The notes beneath the pieces are model-generated. The model was not told the DNA's origin. It worked only from the letters and a program-made list of their open reading frames with translations, and made no database searches. From Eledone cirrhosa (lineage: Eukaryota), in the NCBI GenBank assembly GCA_964016885.1, contig OZ024740.1, forward strand, positions 217,682,001 to 217,746,000: a DNA stretch of 64,000 nt. The letters run 5' to 3'. Position 1 is the first letter of the stretch. Every line of letters begins with the position of its first letter. Shown here piece after piece: positions 17,830 to 29,552 of this stretch. Made by a program: the position numbers and the translations under genes.

Positions 17830-18732
17830 GTTCTTTGAGTCTCAGTCATTGATGTTAGTTAACTGGAAAGTTTGTTGAAATGAATATCAAGCCACTACCT
17901 GCAGCCTCAGATATTCAGGACGTATCGGAGGGTTCTTGCTGTTCCCAGCAAGCATGCCTTTTGAAGCGTTCCAAAAAGTGTGGCGGGGCCAATTTTCTTT
18001 AACCATCCCTGGAAACTTTTTGAGATAGTACCTAGTGCGCCTATGACAATCGGGACCACTTTGACTTCATGGCAGTTCCAAATCCTTTTTACCTCCCACT
18101 TTAAGTCCTGGTATCGGTTAATTTTCTCCCTCTCCTTCTCTTGCACTCTCGTGTCGAATGGGCAGGCCACATCCACAATCAGGCACGATTTTTTTTCCTT
18201 GTTCAAAACCACCAGGTCAGGCCTAGTGTGTTCCAGTTTCTTGTCCGTCTGTATCCTAAAATCCCACAGCACCTTCACCTGATCGTTTTCTATCACCGAC
18301 TCTGGCTTATGCTCATATCACTTCTCAGAATGTGGTAAATTGTTTACTTTGCATAGGTGCCAGTGGATCACCCTTCCCATCACATCATGTCTCCAGCCCT
18401 TATAGTGAGTATGGGCTAGGTGTTTACACTCGGATACAATGTGAGCCACAGTCTCCTCTCTCTCTCCACAGATCCTGCACAGTGGGCTAGCCTCCTCCTT
18501 GTAAATATGGTGTTTCAACCACTTCGTTTTGAGGGCCTGCTCTTGCGCAGCCATTAGCATTCCTTCTGTAGCCTTTTTAAGGTCTCCTCTTTTCAAGAAG
18601 TTCCATGTCTGTGGATCTCTGAATTCAGTTTTCTCAAAGAAGGTACTATGAAGGGATTTTTCATAAAGGCTGCTCTTTCTCCTTGTTGTTATTTCCTCCT
18701 TGGACATACCCTGGTCCATTGTCCTCTCCTTC
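17830..18732 (-). mobile_element. ~900-bp 3' fragment of R4/Dong-like element flanked by (ATT)n
   Basis: ORFs 18318..18719 and 17907..18296 with knuckle and RLE; same end points as 10709-11610. Confidence 0.85.
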
Positions 18733-18765
<33 letters not shown>

Positions 18766-18769
18766 CATT

Positions 18770-21700
18770 ACAGTTGCATTTATCTTGCTTTATGTTCATA
18801 CGAGTTATCACCAAGTCACAACCAGTGACCTCAAGAGACAACAAGGTCCGCCATGTTCAAGAAAGAACATACATACTCACACATGCATCTTTAGTGTTTA
18901 GACTTGTGATGTACTTATATTGACAGAATCTTCCTTAGTATATGGGCAGTTCCCATTAGTACTATCTTTTGTATTTCTCCTATACGCGGGTTTCCTGGGA
19001 TTTGCGATAAGTAATCATTAGACCCCTTAGGTATCATTCCCAGAGCGCCTACAACCACTGGTATTGTTTTAGTTCTCAATTTTCACATTTTTTCCAATTT
19101 CTATCTCCAGGTCCTTATACTTGCTCAATTTTTCAAATGTTTTTATAGATACATTCTTGTCTATTGGAACAGACATATCAATTAGCAGGCATACCCTCTT
19201 TTTAAAGTCCTTCAATATTATATCAGGTCTGTTTGCATCTATTTTTCGGTCTGTTTGGATGCTAAAGTTCCACAAGATTGAGATGTGATCTTTTTCAAGT
19301 ATGGGCGGTCGTTGGTGCTCCCACCAATTCTTTTGATGTGGCAGGTCAAAATGCTTACACATTATCCAATGTATGTATTGTGCAGCTCTGTCATGCCTGT
19401 TTAGGTATTCGGTTGGAGCTATAGGACTGCACATTGAAATTATATGGTCAATGGTCTCTGGTTGTTTTTTGCATACAACGGCATAATGGGCTGCATCCAT
19501 TTTTTATTATGTTGGCTTGGTAATTTTTTGTTGGCAGACACTGATCTTGTGCTGATATAATCAGTCCTTCAGTCTCCGATTTCAGTCCAGAGGATGCCAA
19601 CCACTGATGGGTTAAAGTTTTGTCAACATCAGGATTGTTAGCTCGCTCTGGGTATTTTCCAGACAGAGGCTTTTCTTGCCATTTCTTAGCCAGTTTCTGT
19701 AGCAGTTCTTTCTTTGCAGTTACTTTTACCTGCTTTGCTTTTTCTGTGTTTTCCATTTCAGCAGTAAATGGGACTTCTGAAATTTGTAGTCCATTACTGT
19801 ATGTTTGTGCATCTTTTGTAATGGAATATGATCTTTTGATGCTTTCGTGTTTCAAAACGAGTTTGATCATCCAATCATGTGATTCCCTTAGATATGTAGA
19901 TAATCCAATTGTTGCAGTTTTCAACGCAATGTCTAACTGGATTAACCCACGTCCTCCTTCTTTCCTAGGGAGATATATTCTATCTATATCTGCCTTAGGG
20001 TGATGCATTCTGTGCATGGTTAAGAATTTTCGAATTTTTGTATCGAGCCTACGGATCTCTGTGCTTGACCAGTTGATGACATTGTAACTGTAGGTTACAA
20101 CTGGTATGGCAAACGTGTTTATGGCATCGATCCTATTCCTTGCATTCAATTCCGTTCTTAAGATTGCTCTTACTCTGCGGTAACATTCCTTCCTTATCCT
20201 TTTCCTCATTGTCGAGTGCTTGATTCCGTCTCCTTCACAAACACCTAGATATTTGTAAGTTTTTTCTTGATCAAGCTCTCTTATCACGTTCCCCCGATCA
20301 AGATTAATGTCTGAACTCTTCAGCAGATTTCCTCTGGTGAACGTTGCTTTGGCGCATTTATCTAGTCCAAACTCCATTTTAATGTCATCACTGAACTGCT
20401 TCACAGTGGATAATAGCCCTTGCAATTGTTCATCATTCTTTGCAAATAGTTTCAGGTCATCCATGTAGAACAAGTGATTAATGGTTTTGTCATAGACTTT
20501 ATATCCATGTTTCGTTTCATTGAGCATTTTACTTAATGGTATAAGTGCGATGCAGAATAAAAGCGGTGATAAAGAGTCACCCTGAAAAATTCCACAATTA
20601 ATATTAACTTCTCCAGCTTCCAGTGATTTTGTTTCACTATTCAAAAGGAGTGTCGTTTTCCATGTCTTCATACTGAATGACAAAAACCTCCTGACAACGG
20701 GGGATACTTTGAAAATCTCTAAACATTTTTCAATCCAACTGTGTGGCAAACTATCAAATGCTTTTTTATAATCTATCCAAGCAATCGATAGATTTTTGTG
20801 TCTATTATGACAATCTTCCAGTATCATTTTAACCAGAAGCTGATCCTTACAGCCATATGAGCCTCGTTTACACCCTTTCTGCTCAATGGGAAATAGGTCA
20901 TTTGTTATCAGGTGGTCATATGTGTATTCAGTTAGGACTGATGTTGAAATTTTATACATTGTGGTCAAGCAAGTTATCGGTCTGTAATTTTTGGGATTGT
21001 TTGTCTCATCATTCTTCGGAAGCAGGAATGTAATGCCGTTAACTAGCCATGATGGTATCTTTTCTGGCTCCTTAACTATTTCATTGTAAAGTTGGGCTAA
21101 CAGCTCATGAGACTCTGTGAAGGCATTTATCCAAAAGTTTTGTATTTTGTCTTTTCCTGGGGATTTCCATTTGCTGGTTTTTCTTAGAGCCAAACGCAAC
21201 TGTTCAACTGTTATATTTTCCCATGTTTGTTCCTCAAGGTGAGCTGTATCTTTCATTTGTCTGTCTATCCATGGGGCATGTATGTTATGAACTTTTTCTT
21301 CGGCCCAGATCTTTTCCCAGAATTCTTGCACTTCCTCCTTGGGTGGTATTGATTTAGCAGTTATTGTTGACTTACCAATTTTTCTGTAGAAGTTTCTTTG
21401 GTTGTTTTTGAACATATTATTGTCCTTATAGAATCTAGATCGTTTTTCAAAGTGCCTTATACGAGCAGCTTTGGCCGACACTTTTTGCTTGATTATTTCT
21501 ATCAGCATGTCTATGTCACATGTTGATTTTATACTGTACTTTTTTTTTAATTTTCTAAGTTTAGTTTGTTTAACATGTTCACCTACTTTATAGTTTGTTA
21601 AAATTTCTATGTCAGATCGGGGAAGGTTTATTTGGCGATTGATGTTCTCTTGCCAAGTAGATTTCTTATGGGAATTCCTTTGTTTTTTCATCTTCACTCC

Positions 21701-22740
21701 ACATAAGTGAGTGGTGACTTTAGCCGATGCAAAATAGAGATGATTTAAATCAGTAATGTTTAGTTTGTTTGTGATGATAATGTTTTTGAGAATTATGTTA
21801 GTCTTGTGTATTATCTTTTGGTTCTGTTTGGAGTTCTGGATCTTAGGGAGGGTGTCTCGTTGCCCCATGTCAGATTCTTTCATTTTCATCCATTCGATCA
21901 TAATTTCATCCTTCAAGTTGGCAAGTTCATTCTCATTCATTTCTTTATCATTTACGATCTCATTATTTTCATTTGGAGTTTCATCCTGAGCATGCACTCC
22001 CTCCACTTTTTCGATCCTTTCTTTAATTTGTTCTGTTGCCAGTGATTCCGCCCCAACCCTGGGATTCGAAGTGTTACAGTTTACCTCGTTTTCACTGACA
22101 CATGTTTCATTTTCCCTTCGCTGACTTTGTGCTAATAGCTTGATCTGATCAATTTCTATATCAGTTAGTAACTTTTTTCTTACAATATTTCTTCGTATAT
22201 TGGCTAGTTTTTTGCTGTCAATATAGCCTCTGTTTTCGGGATGTTTCTTTTTCCAGTTGATATATGTCTGTTCTGTATTCGATTTATTTGATGGGTAGTA
22301 CATGGCAGTGTAGAAAGCCTCAAGTGCTTCTTTATTATCTTCCCTTGACCATTTTTCTCTCTTTTTCTTTGGATTTCTTGGTGGTGAGCATGGAGGGCCA
22401 ACAGTAGGAGTATTTCGGTTATGGGAGGTCTCCAGCTCCGAAGTGATGGGAAGGTTTGAACCATTAGCTGATTTTTCGACCCCAGTCTGGTTCCTCTCTG
22501 AGCGACGCGGCCCTTTTTCACCCGGGTGACGGCCGATCCGGTATGAGATTTTATCATTAGACATTTACTTTATTTTTTCGCGTTTTATCCTTATCCGCCA
22601 AGGGGTAATCATTTCGTGTTACCACTTCTAGAACGAGTGTCAACCAAGACTAGAGGGGTCGTTCTCCCCTAGAGACACGGCTATTCCCCGCCGGCCGCCA
22701 TCCCGGTATTTCTTAGTCACGGGGTTTTCTTTTTGTTGTT
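18770..22740 (-). mobile_element. Full-length R4/Dong-like single-ORF retrotransposon (RT + CCHC + restriction-like endonuclease), frameshifted near 19480 and 19075
   Basis: 1038-aa ORF 22564..19448 with KSPGKDKI, YRPITCL, IDYKKAFDS, GIFQGDSLSPLLF, YMDDLKL; continuation ETIDHIISMC, RPDI..IDMSVP..KLSKY; stop at ~18915; (AAT)n tail. Confidence 0.9.
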
Positions 22741-22749
22741 TTTTTTTTA

Positions 22750-23700
22750 AATTGTTATTATCATGAGTGGTTCCTTAATGTGAGCATTGCGTGGCTTAAG
22801 AATGAAATTATTAATAATTGTCTCCACTCCAGGCACAAGGCCAGCAATCACCCAGTGCATTACAATAATATAATATACTTTTTGTTGTAGTTGGCTGTTA
22901 TTGTTGCTGGCTATGTCGGTGGTGGTGCCGGGGCTTTTTATATTGTTGGTGAGGAAGGGGTGAGCCAGCAGTCCCATATTTGTTGATATTGTCGTTTGAC
23001 CTTGGCCAGGTCACTAAGTCAATCTATTTATATCTTTTGCTAGCCTCTCCCTTGTCTAGTGATACCGCCACCTTCCCCTTTCTCTCTCAAGTTAACAGGG
23101 GAATAGTGGTGGTAGCATTGAAGGAGTGGTGGCGGCGGGGAGATGTGGGAGACAGTAGCGGCGGTATCGATACTGAGACAGTGGTGGTGGTGATGTCGAT
23201 ACCGAGGCAGTGGTGGTGGTGACGTGATCGTATTACTGTAGTGATGGTGTTGTAGCGGTTGTAGCAATGAAGGAGTGGTGGCGGCGGTGATGGGATAGTT
23301 GTGGTAATGATGGCAGTAGTGAGTGGTGGCGGTGAAATTGCCGTTATCTGGCTGTTGTGTTTAGTGTACACAGAGAGGTGATGGGGTAGGTGTTGTATCT
23401 AGTTTCCGGTGTTGTTTGGCTGTTCTATATAGCGTAGACAGAGGAGGGGGAAGGTTCTTCTTCCATTTATAGCCATTTTCTTTTTTGAATATACAATGTA
23501 CAATACAAAGTAGAATATTTGAATATTTGAGCCTTATAACAATATATTTTGGGTCCGAATTTTTTGGGGCTCAAGCCGGATGCTTTACGTAGCATTTGTA
23601 CTAAGAGTTGTTATTTCACAAATGATTTAAATATGTTAAAAATTCAAAACTTACGGGAGCGATTTCATGACCTTCCGTCACCTCGTGCGTCTTATTCCCT
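22750..23700 (-). mobile_element. Degenerate 5' part (UTR + ORF1 start) of a Tx1-like element
   Basis: Starts gacgcac like the 58810 element; 5' UTR hairpin-like sequence near 23550-23580; Thr/Pro-rich low-complexity remnant. Confidence 0.45.
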
Positions 23701-23707
23701 TATTCCC

Positions 23708-23708
<1 letters not shown>

Positions 23709-23758
<50 letters not shown>

Positions 23759-24270
23759 CTGGAGGAAGAGTCCTCAAACACTCGTTCCAGCAGGTTCTGT
23801 TAGAAGCACCCTTCTCCAGCTGATCCGGCGCATGGTTGTTATCTTCAATTCAGTATTCATGCCAACCCTTACCTATTGTCATGAATCTTGTGTAATGACC
23901 GAAAGAATACGATCACAAATACAACGGCCCAAACGGGATTCCTCCAACAGATCTTCGGAGTAACGTTACTCGATAGAGTGCATAGCTTGGAGATCAGAGC
24001 TTCACTCCAGGCAGAGCCGCTACTTCTAATTTATCACAGCTCTGATACTATGGACATGTGGTTACAATGTCTCAAGGAAGAATCGCTGGACAGATTTTAC
24101 GGGAAAAAATCAACCGGCAGTAGACCCAGGGGTAGACCCGAGCAAGATAGTTGGATAACATCCAAGAGCTTGGCTAGTCTCGCTTGGAGATCCAGCCGGA
24201 TCAGTTGGAAACGGTTGCTTCCAACAGCACCCGCTGGAATGAGTGTTTGAGGGCTCAGCTCCCACGAGCC
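23709..24270. mobile_element. RTE-like LINE 3' fragments (short minus copy with (TAA)n tail plus a plus-strand copy)
   Basis: PTLTYCHES..GVTLLDRV..GSRPRGRP RT C-terminal remnants; 23760-23830 is a diverged reverse complement of 24190-24265. Confidence 0.6.
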
Positions 24271-24274
24271 TCTT

Positions 24275-24367
24275 TCTTGATACTTGTACATTATTCTATG
24301 TATTAAACATGCACCTTTGATGAGTTGTGGTACACCTGAGCACTGTACACAATAATTTCATTATTAT
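24275..24367 (+). mobile_element. CR1-like 3' tail
   Basis: gagttgtggtacacctgagcactgtacacaataatttcattatt matches the 3' end of the CR1 at 58812-58880. Confidence 0.6.
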
Positions 24368-24438
24368 TTTAATATTACATTAAAATAATAATGAAATTAT
24401 TGTGTACAGTAATTTCATTATTATTTTAATATTACATT

Positions 24439-24622
24439 GGCGGTGGATTGGCAGTATCGGTAGAGAGTCGGACGCCATGCTTTTCAACATAGTTACGTCC
24501 CTTTACGATCTGAGTTCAAATCCCGCCGAGGTTGACTTTGCCTTTCATCCTTACGGGGTCGATAAAATAAAGTACCAGTAAGGCACTGGGTAATTTCTGG
24601 CCTTGTGCCTAAAGTAGAAACA
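24439..24622 (+). mobile_element. tRNA-derived SINE (octopus OK-like)
   Basis: A box TGGCAGTATCGG, B box GAGTTCAAATCC; TSD attattttaatattacatt; empty site at ~47742-47761. Confidence 0.85.
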
Positions 24623-25096
24623 ATTATTTTAATATTACATTCCGAACAATTTCACGATCGAAACGCCCTTCATGGGTGTCCGACACTTAAAACTCAACAT
24701 AGGTGATACCTGTGATAGTGCAGTTTGAGAGGAACTTGTTTGTGAACTTGCTGGAAGTAACGGGCATGTTTTGATCTTGTTAGATCTCATCAGCGAAGAA
24801 AATTCACTTTGCAAATTGGCCTAATAAAGATATGGGTAAAGAGTAATATTTTGGTAAGCTAATGAAGGAGATTCTACGTGGTCGTTAAACAACTAGAAAT
24901 AGCAGTTAAATTTCCTTCAATTCTCATGCTACTGTCGTAAAAGAAGACACATTATATAATGTAGTTTTAAATACAATACTCCGAAAACAAAGAAAGAAAA
25001 AAAGTAGGATGATCACCGCTAGGAATACCTGTGAATATCGGTCTGTTGGACCAGGGCTTGTCTTAGAGCTAAACAGTAACATTGGCGACAACAATT

Positions 25097-25106
25097 CCTA
25101 CTACTG

Positions 25107-25168
<62 letters not shown>

Positions 25169-25201
25169 TGTACAACAACAACTACTACTACTACTACTAC
25201 A

Positions 25202-25259
<58 letters not shown>

Positions 25260-25288
25260 TCACCACCACCGCCACTACCATCACCACT
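25097..25288. repeat. Compound (TAC)n(TGC)n(CAC)n microsatellite
   Basis: Direct reading. Confidence 0.95.
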
Positions 25289-25889
25289 GTTGGTTTGAGA
25301 GCAGATGAAATCTCATAAGGACCTGCAGAACCCTACTTTAGATAAGACTTAAATATAACTCCTCAAGATTAGGGAATGGAAATACGTTTTAAATGTCGCT
25401 TTTAATAATTCTTATATGATAAAGGGAAGTTTCGGTACCAAGGTCATTAAATATCCATTTATCAGAATTCGTACATTGCTTAATTAGACCTGGATAACTA
25501 GTAGAATGTAATTTCTATTTTATCATTTATACTCCTCTGCTAACCAGTAAATTTCAAAATGGCGTCACAATGATTTGATAACAAACAGCTTTTCAGCCAT
25601 ACCAAATATAAATTGACAGACTTATACAGACTGTTCGTCTCGCTGGTGAGTGCACAATTGCATCAAACTTTTACGCATCAATGCTCTCACACACACACAC
25701 ACCTCACACATCTCACACACGTATACATACGTATATTCTGTGCCTAAATAATTTTTTGATGCTCATCAAAACATACACACAGGCACGCTTATCCCAATAA
25801 CAGCATTGTACATTCACTGTTTCATAGACACATTGGCTTTTCACGGTGTCACTTCTACCGCCACATGAACTATGTGTCTTTAGGTAATG

Positions 25890-26534
25890 GTAGAAGTCAA
25901 AATTCGTTTACTGAACACACTTGTGTGGTCAATGCTTCTTTACGGCTGCGGATGGTGGACTTTCACGAATCAGACCCAGAGATAACTCGAGTCTACTGAG
26001 ATCTATTTCTATCGCAGAATAATCAGGACCTCGTACGTCGATTGGATAAAAAATTGTTTCTACTTTTGGCACAAGGCCAGCAATTATCCAGTACATTACT
26101 GGTACTTTATTGACCCCGTAAGGAGGAAAGGCAAAGTTAACTTCGGCTGGATTTGAACTCAGAATGGATAAATAATGAAGAGATTTTGAAGTCAGTGCGG
26201 ACGGAACGTGAGATACTGCTCACTATTAAAAAGAGACAACTAATGTTCCTCGGACATGTCATCAGGAAAGGCATGATGGAAAACTTTTCCACTAGCGGAA
26301 ACATTCCTGGGAAGTGTGCCAGAGGTCGTCAAAGGAGGTCGTTTTGTGACAATTTCAACATCAAAGCCACAGAAGTAAGGGATCTCGCCCGAGATCGTAC
26401 ACCATGGAATGAATGCCATTATTGGTCAAACACTGAAACAGTGATGGCACAAGAAGAAGAAGAAGAAGAAGAAGAAGAAGAAGAAGAAGAAGAAGAAGAA
26501 GAAGAAGAAGAAGAAGAAGAAGAAGAAGAAGAAG

Positions 26535-26563
<29 letters not shown>
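25890..26563 (+). mobile_element. RTE-like LINE 3' fragment with long (GAA)n tail, interrupted by a 5'-truncated SINE (26054-26163, minus)
   Basis: VWSMLLYGC, NEEILK..KKRQLMFLGHVIRK..RGRQRR; (GAA)n 26452-26563; SINE flanked by tggataaa. Confidence 0.7.
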
Positions 26564-26565
<2 letters not shown>

Positions 26566-27088
26566 CCCTATCACTTCTATCGCTACATGAACGATGTATC
26601 TTTACTGGTAGAAGTGACAACATCCATATGAATACCATTTGTCTCTTACTTCTTTTGATATGCTTCATGTTCAACAGAAACTTATGACAAATAACTGAAT
26701 CATAATTTACAGCAGTGTCAAATAATATTTAAAAGAACATTTATTTCTAGAAGACAATTCGAGATGAAATTTATAACCAGATATTTTCTTAGAATTTCGA
26801 GTGACATTTTAATGTTTCATAAGAGTTTCCGAGAAAATCTACAAGAATTTTTTCGAAACCTAACTAAAGAAATTACCCTTTAGTCATTAAAATTTACATT
26901 GACAATCTCTCTCTCTCTCTTTCTCTCTCTCACTCTCTCTCTCTACCTGTTTCACTCTCTTCTTTATCTCTCTCTTTCAATCTCTGTCTCTCAGTTCAAT
27001 ATATATATATATATATATATTATGAAGAGAGAAGAAACATTAGATATAATTAGTAATAAGATGTATCATACCTAAACTGCTTCTAAAT

Positions 27089-27178
27089 TCCTCGACTACG
27101 TAGTTTCGTGGCATAATCAAAAACAATACATCACAGAGATATATAATTTTTGTGAGGTCTGCCGACTTATCAAGAGGA
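27089..27178 (-). ncRNA. Type I hammerhead ribozyme (U3-A8 core, palindromic stem III)
   Basis: Minus strand: UCCUC-UUGAUAA-GUCGGCA...UGCCAC-GAAA-CUACGUAG-UC/GAGGA; stem I UCCUC/GAGGA. Confidence 0.8.
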
Positions 27179-27680
27179 TACCTCATTAAGGGTTTCAAAA
27201 ACACGTCTGTAAGATGCGAGATAGAATCCCAAAAGGCGGAGGGGGAGTCAATCACGTGATACAGCGGTCAAGAAACAGAGCTAAGCTTCTTATAACCCTG
27301 AAAAAAATACTACGGAGGCGGAGGGGGTATTTATATCGAGGCCGTAGAAGTGGTGGTTAAGGAGGCAAGAAGTATGAGTAATGGTAGCTTTCCAGCAGTC
27401 ACTACACTTCAAGGGTTACTCGACCAAAGGGAGTTATAAACAATATATAGAGAAACACACATATACATGCGGACACACACATATACATAAATATACCCAC
27501 ATTCATCCTTGAGTTAATGGTGCCAACCTTAACCGATGTTGCTCTATGAATAACTGGGACAAACTAATCCGAATGGATTAGACTGAACCAGTATCAGAGC
27601 TATAAAGTACATTATGAAGAGAGAAGAAACATTAGATATAATTAGTAATAAGATGTATCATACCTAAACTGCTTCTAAAT

Positions 27681-27770
27681 TCCTCGACTACGTAGTTTCG
27701 TGGCATAATCAAAAACAATACATCACAGAGATATATAATTTTTGTGAGGTCTGCCGACTTATCAAGAGGA
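27681..27770 (-). ncRNA. Type I hammerhead ribozyme, second tandem copy
   Basis: Identical to 27089-27178, exactly 592 nt away. Confidence 0.8.
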
Positions 27771-28410
27771 TACCTCATTAAGGGTTTCAAAAACACGTCT
27801 GTAAGATGCGAGATAGAATCCCAAAAGGCGGAGGGTGAGTCAATCACGTGATACAGCGATCAAGAAACAGAGCTAAGCTTCTTATAACCCTGAAAAAAAT
27901 ACCACGGAGGCGGAGGGGGTATGATAGATCTTATTACTAATTATATCTAATGTTTCTTCTCTCTTCATAATGTACTTTATAGCTCTGATACTGGTTCAGT
28001 CTAATCCATTCGGATTGGTTTGTCCCAGTTATTCATAGAGCAACATCGGTTAAAGTTGGCACCATTAACTCAAGGATGGATGTGGATATATTCATGTATA
28101 TGTGTGTGTCCGCATGTATCTGTGTGTTTCTCTATATATTGTTTATAACTCCCTTTGGTCGAGTAACCCTTGAAGTGTAGTGAGTGCTGGAAAGCTACCA
28201 TTACTCATACTTCTTGCCTCCTTAACCACCTCTTCTACGGCCTCGATATAAATACCCCCCCCCCCCCGACTCCGTGGTATATTTTTCAGAGTTATAAGAA
28301 GCTTAGCTCTGTTTCTTGACCGCTGTATCACGTGATTGACTCCCCCCCTCCGCCTTTTGGGATTCTATCTCGCATCTTACAGACGTGTTTTTGAAACCCT
28401 TAATGAGGTA

Positions 28411-28500
28411 TCCTCTTGATAATTCGGCAGACCTCACAAAAATTATATATCTCTGTGATGTATTGTTTTTGATTATGCCACGAAACTACGTAGTCGAGGA
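28411..28500 (+). ncRNA. Type I hammerhead ribozyme, inverted copy (G10.1>U variant)
   Basis: tcctc-TTGATAA-ttcggca...tgccac-GAAA-ctacgtag-TC-gagga. Confidence 0.7.
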
Positions 28501-28745
28501 ATTTAGAAGCAGTTTAGGTATGATACATCTTATTACTAATTATATCTAATGTTTCTTCTCTCTTTATAATGTACTTTATAGCTCTGATACTGGTTCAGTC
28601 TAATCCATTCGGATTGGTTTGTCCCAGTTATTCACAGAGCAACATCGGTTAAGGTTGGCACCATTAACTCAAGGATGGATGTGGATATATTCATGTATAT
28701 GTGTGCGTCCGCATGTACGTGTATCTGTGTGTTTCTCTATATATT

Positions 28746-28798
<53 letters not shown>

Positions 28799-28834
28799 TA
28801 TGCGCGCGTCTGTGTATTAGTAGAGTGTAAACAT

Positions 28835-28876
<42 letters not shown>

Positions 28877-29246
28877 AGGGAGTGTAACTTGGAGTTACTG
28901 TAGGTTCACCCGGGTGAGCACTCAATGTTGAGGTTCACTTCAGTGTCGAAGTGTAGAGCTTGACACAGTGTACTATAGTGAAATAGATTTTAGTTACTAT
29001 GGAGAATTTTATAAAAATAACAAAATAAGATGCTGAGGTTACATATATCGTTTAATCATTATACTTATTTCCACTGTTCACCATGCAATCGAGATGCCCT
29101 TCATGCATTTGCTGTTGCTATGAGAACAGTATCCTCAGATGAATAACCGATATGTTTGATATGTCGCTTGCAGGTAAAACACACGTCCTATTGCTCGTGC
29201 GCCTAGCAGACATATGAGTTCCTAGAAGGGTTTGCCCACGGTCGTG

Positions 29247-29332
<86 letters not shown>

Positions 29333-29552
29333 CGTTTGCGTATTAGAAGAGTGGAAATATCAAGATTAATATAGAAATGGCTTCTACAGGACTAGAAATG
29401 TTTCAATAAGAAAAAATCATCAGGCTTTATTGAGGATTCAATTTGAATGCAACAGTTCTATTCTTGTGATATACGTATATATATATATATATATATTTCG
29501 TTTCTGAATTTGTTTAGCAAGATTCTTTATCTGAAATCGTGTGTTGAAACCG

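Larger units (their letters stand above)
27020..28748. mobile_element. Non-coding 592-bp tandem + inverted repeat carrying hammerhead ribozymes (candidate retrozyme / Penelope pLTR derivative)
   Basis: 27020-27611 repeated from 27612 to ~27920; inverted ~1.4 units 27918-28748; (TA)n on both sides; one hammerhead per unit. Confidence 0.8.

Noticed and set aside
22565-22740. Possible HDV-like ribozyme in the R4/Dong 5' UTR
   Set aside because: Hairpins are present but I could not build the nested double pseudoknot by eye; needs a descriptor search
25009-25318. Low-complexity ORFs (polyY/T/V; also polyE, HT/CV repeats elsewhere)
   Set aside because: Translations of microsatellites
27040-27255. 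Duplicated 71-aa ORF (also 27632-27847)
   Set aside because: GTG start, no recognisable motif; identity simply reflects the tandem repeat
27588-27601. CAGTATCAGAGC resembles the tRNA-iMet primer-binding site TGGTATCAGAGC
   Set aside because: Lacks the TGG that pairs with CCA, is antisense to the ribozyme, and no TG..CA LTR is adjacent
29385-29440. Minus-strand CTGATGA...GAAA resembling a hammerhead
   Set aside because: Neither stem I nor stem II can pair
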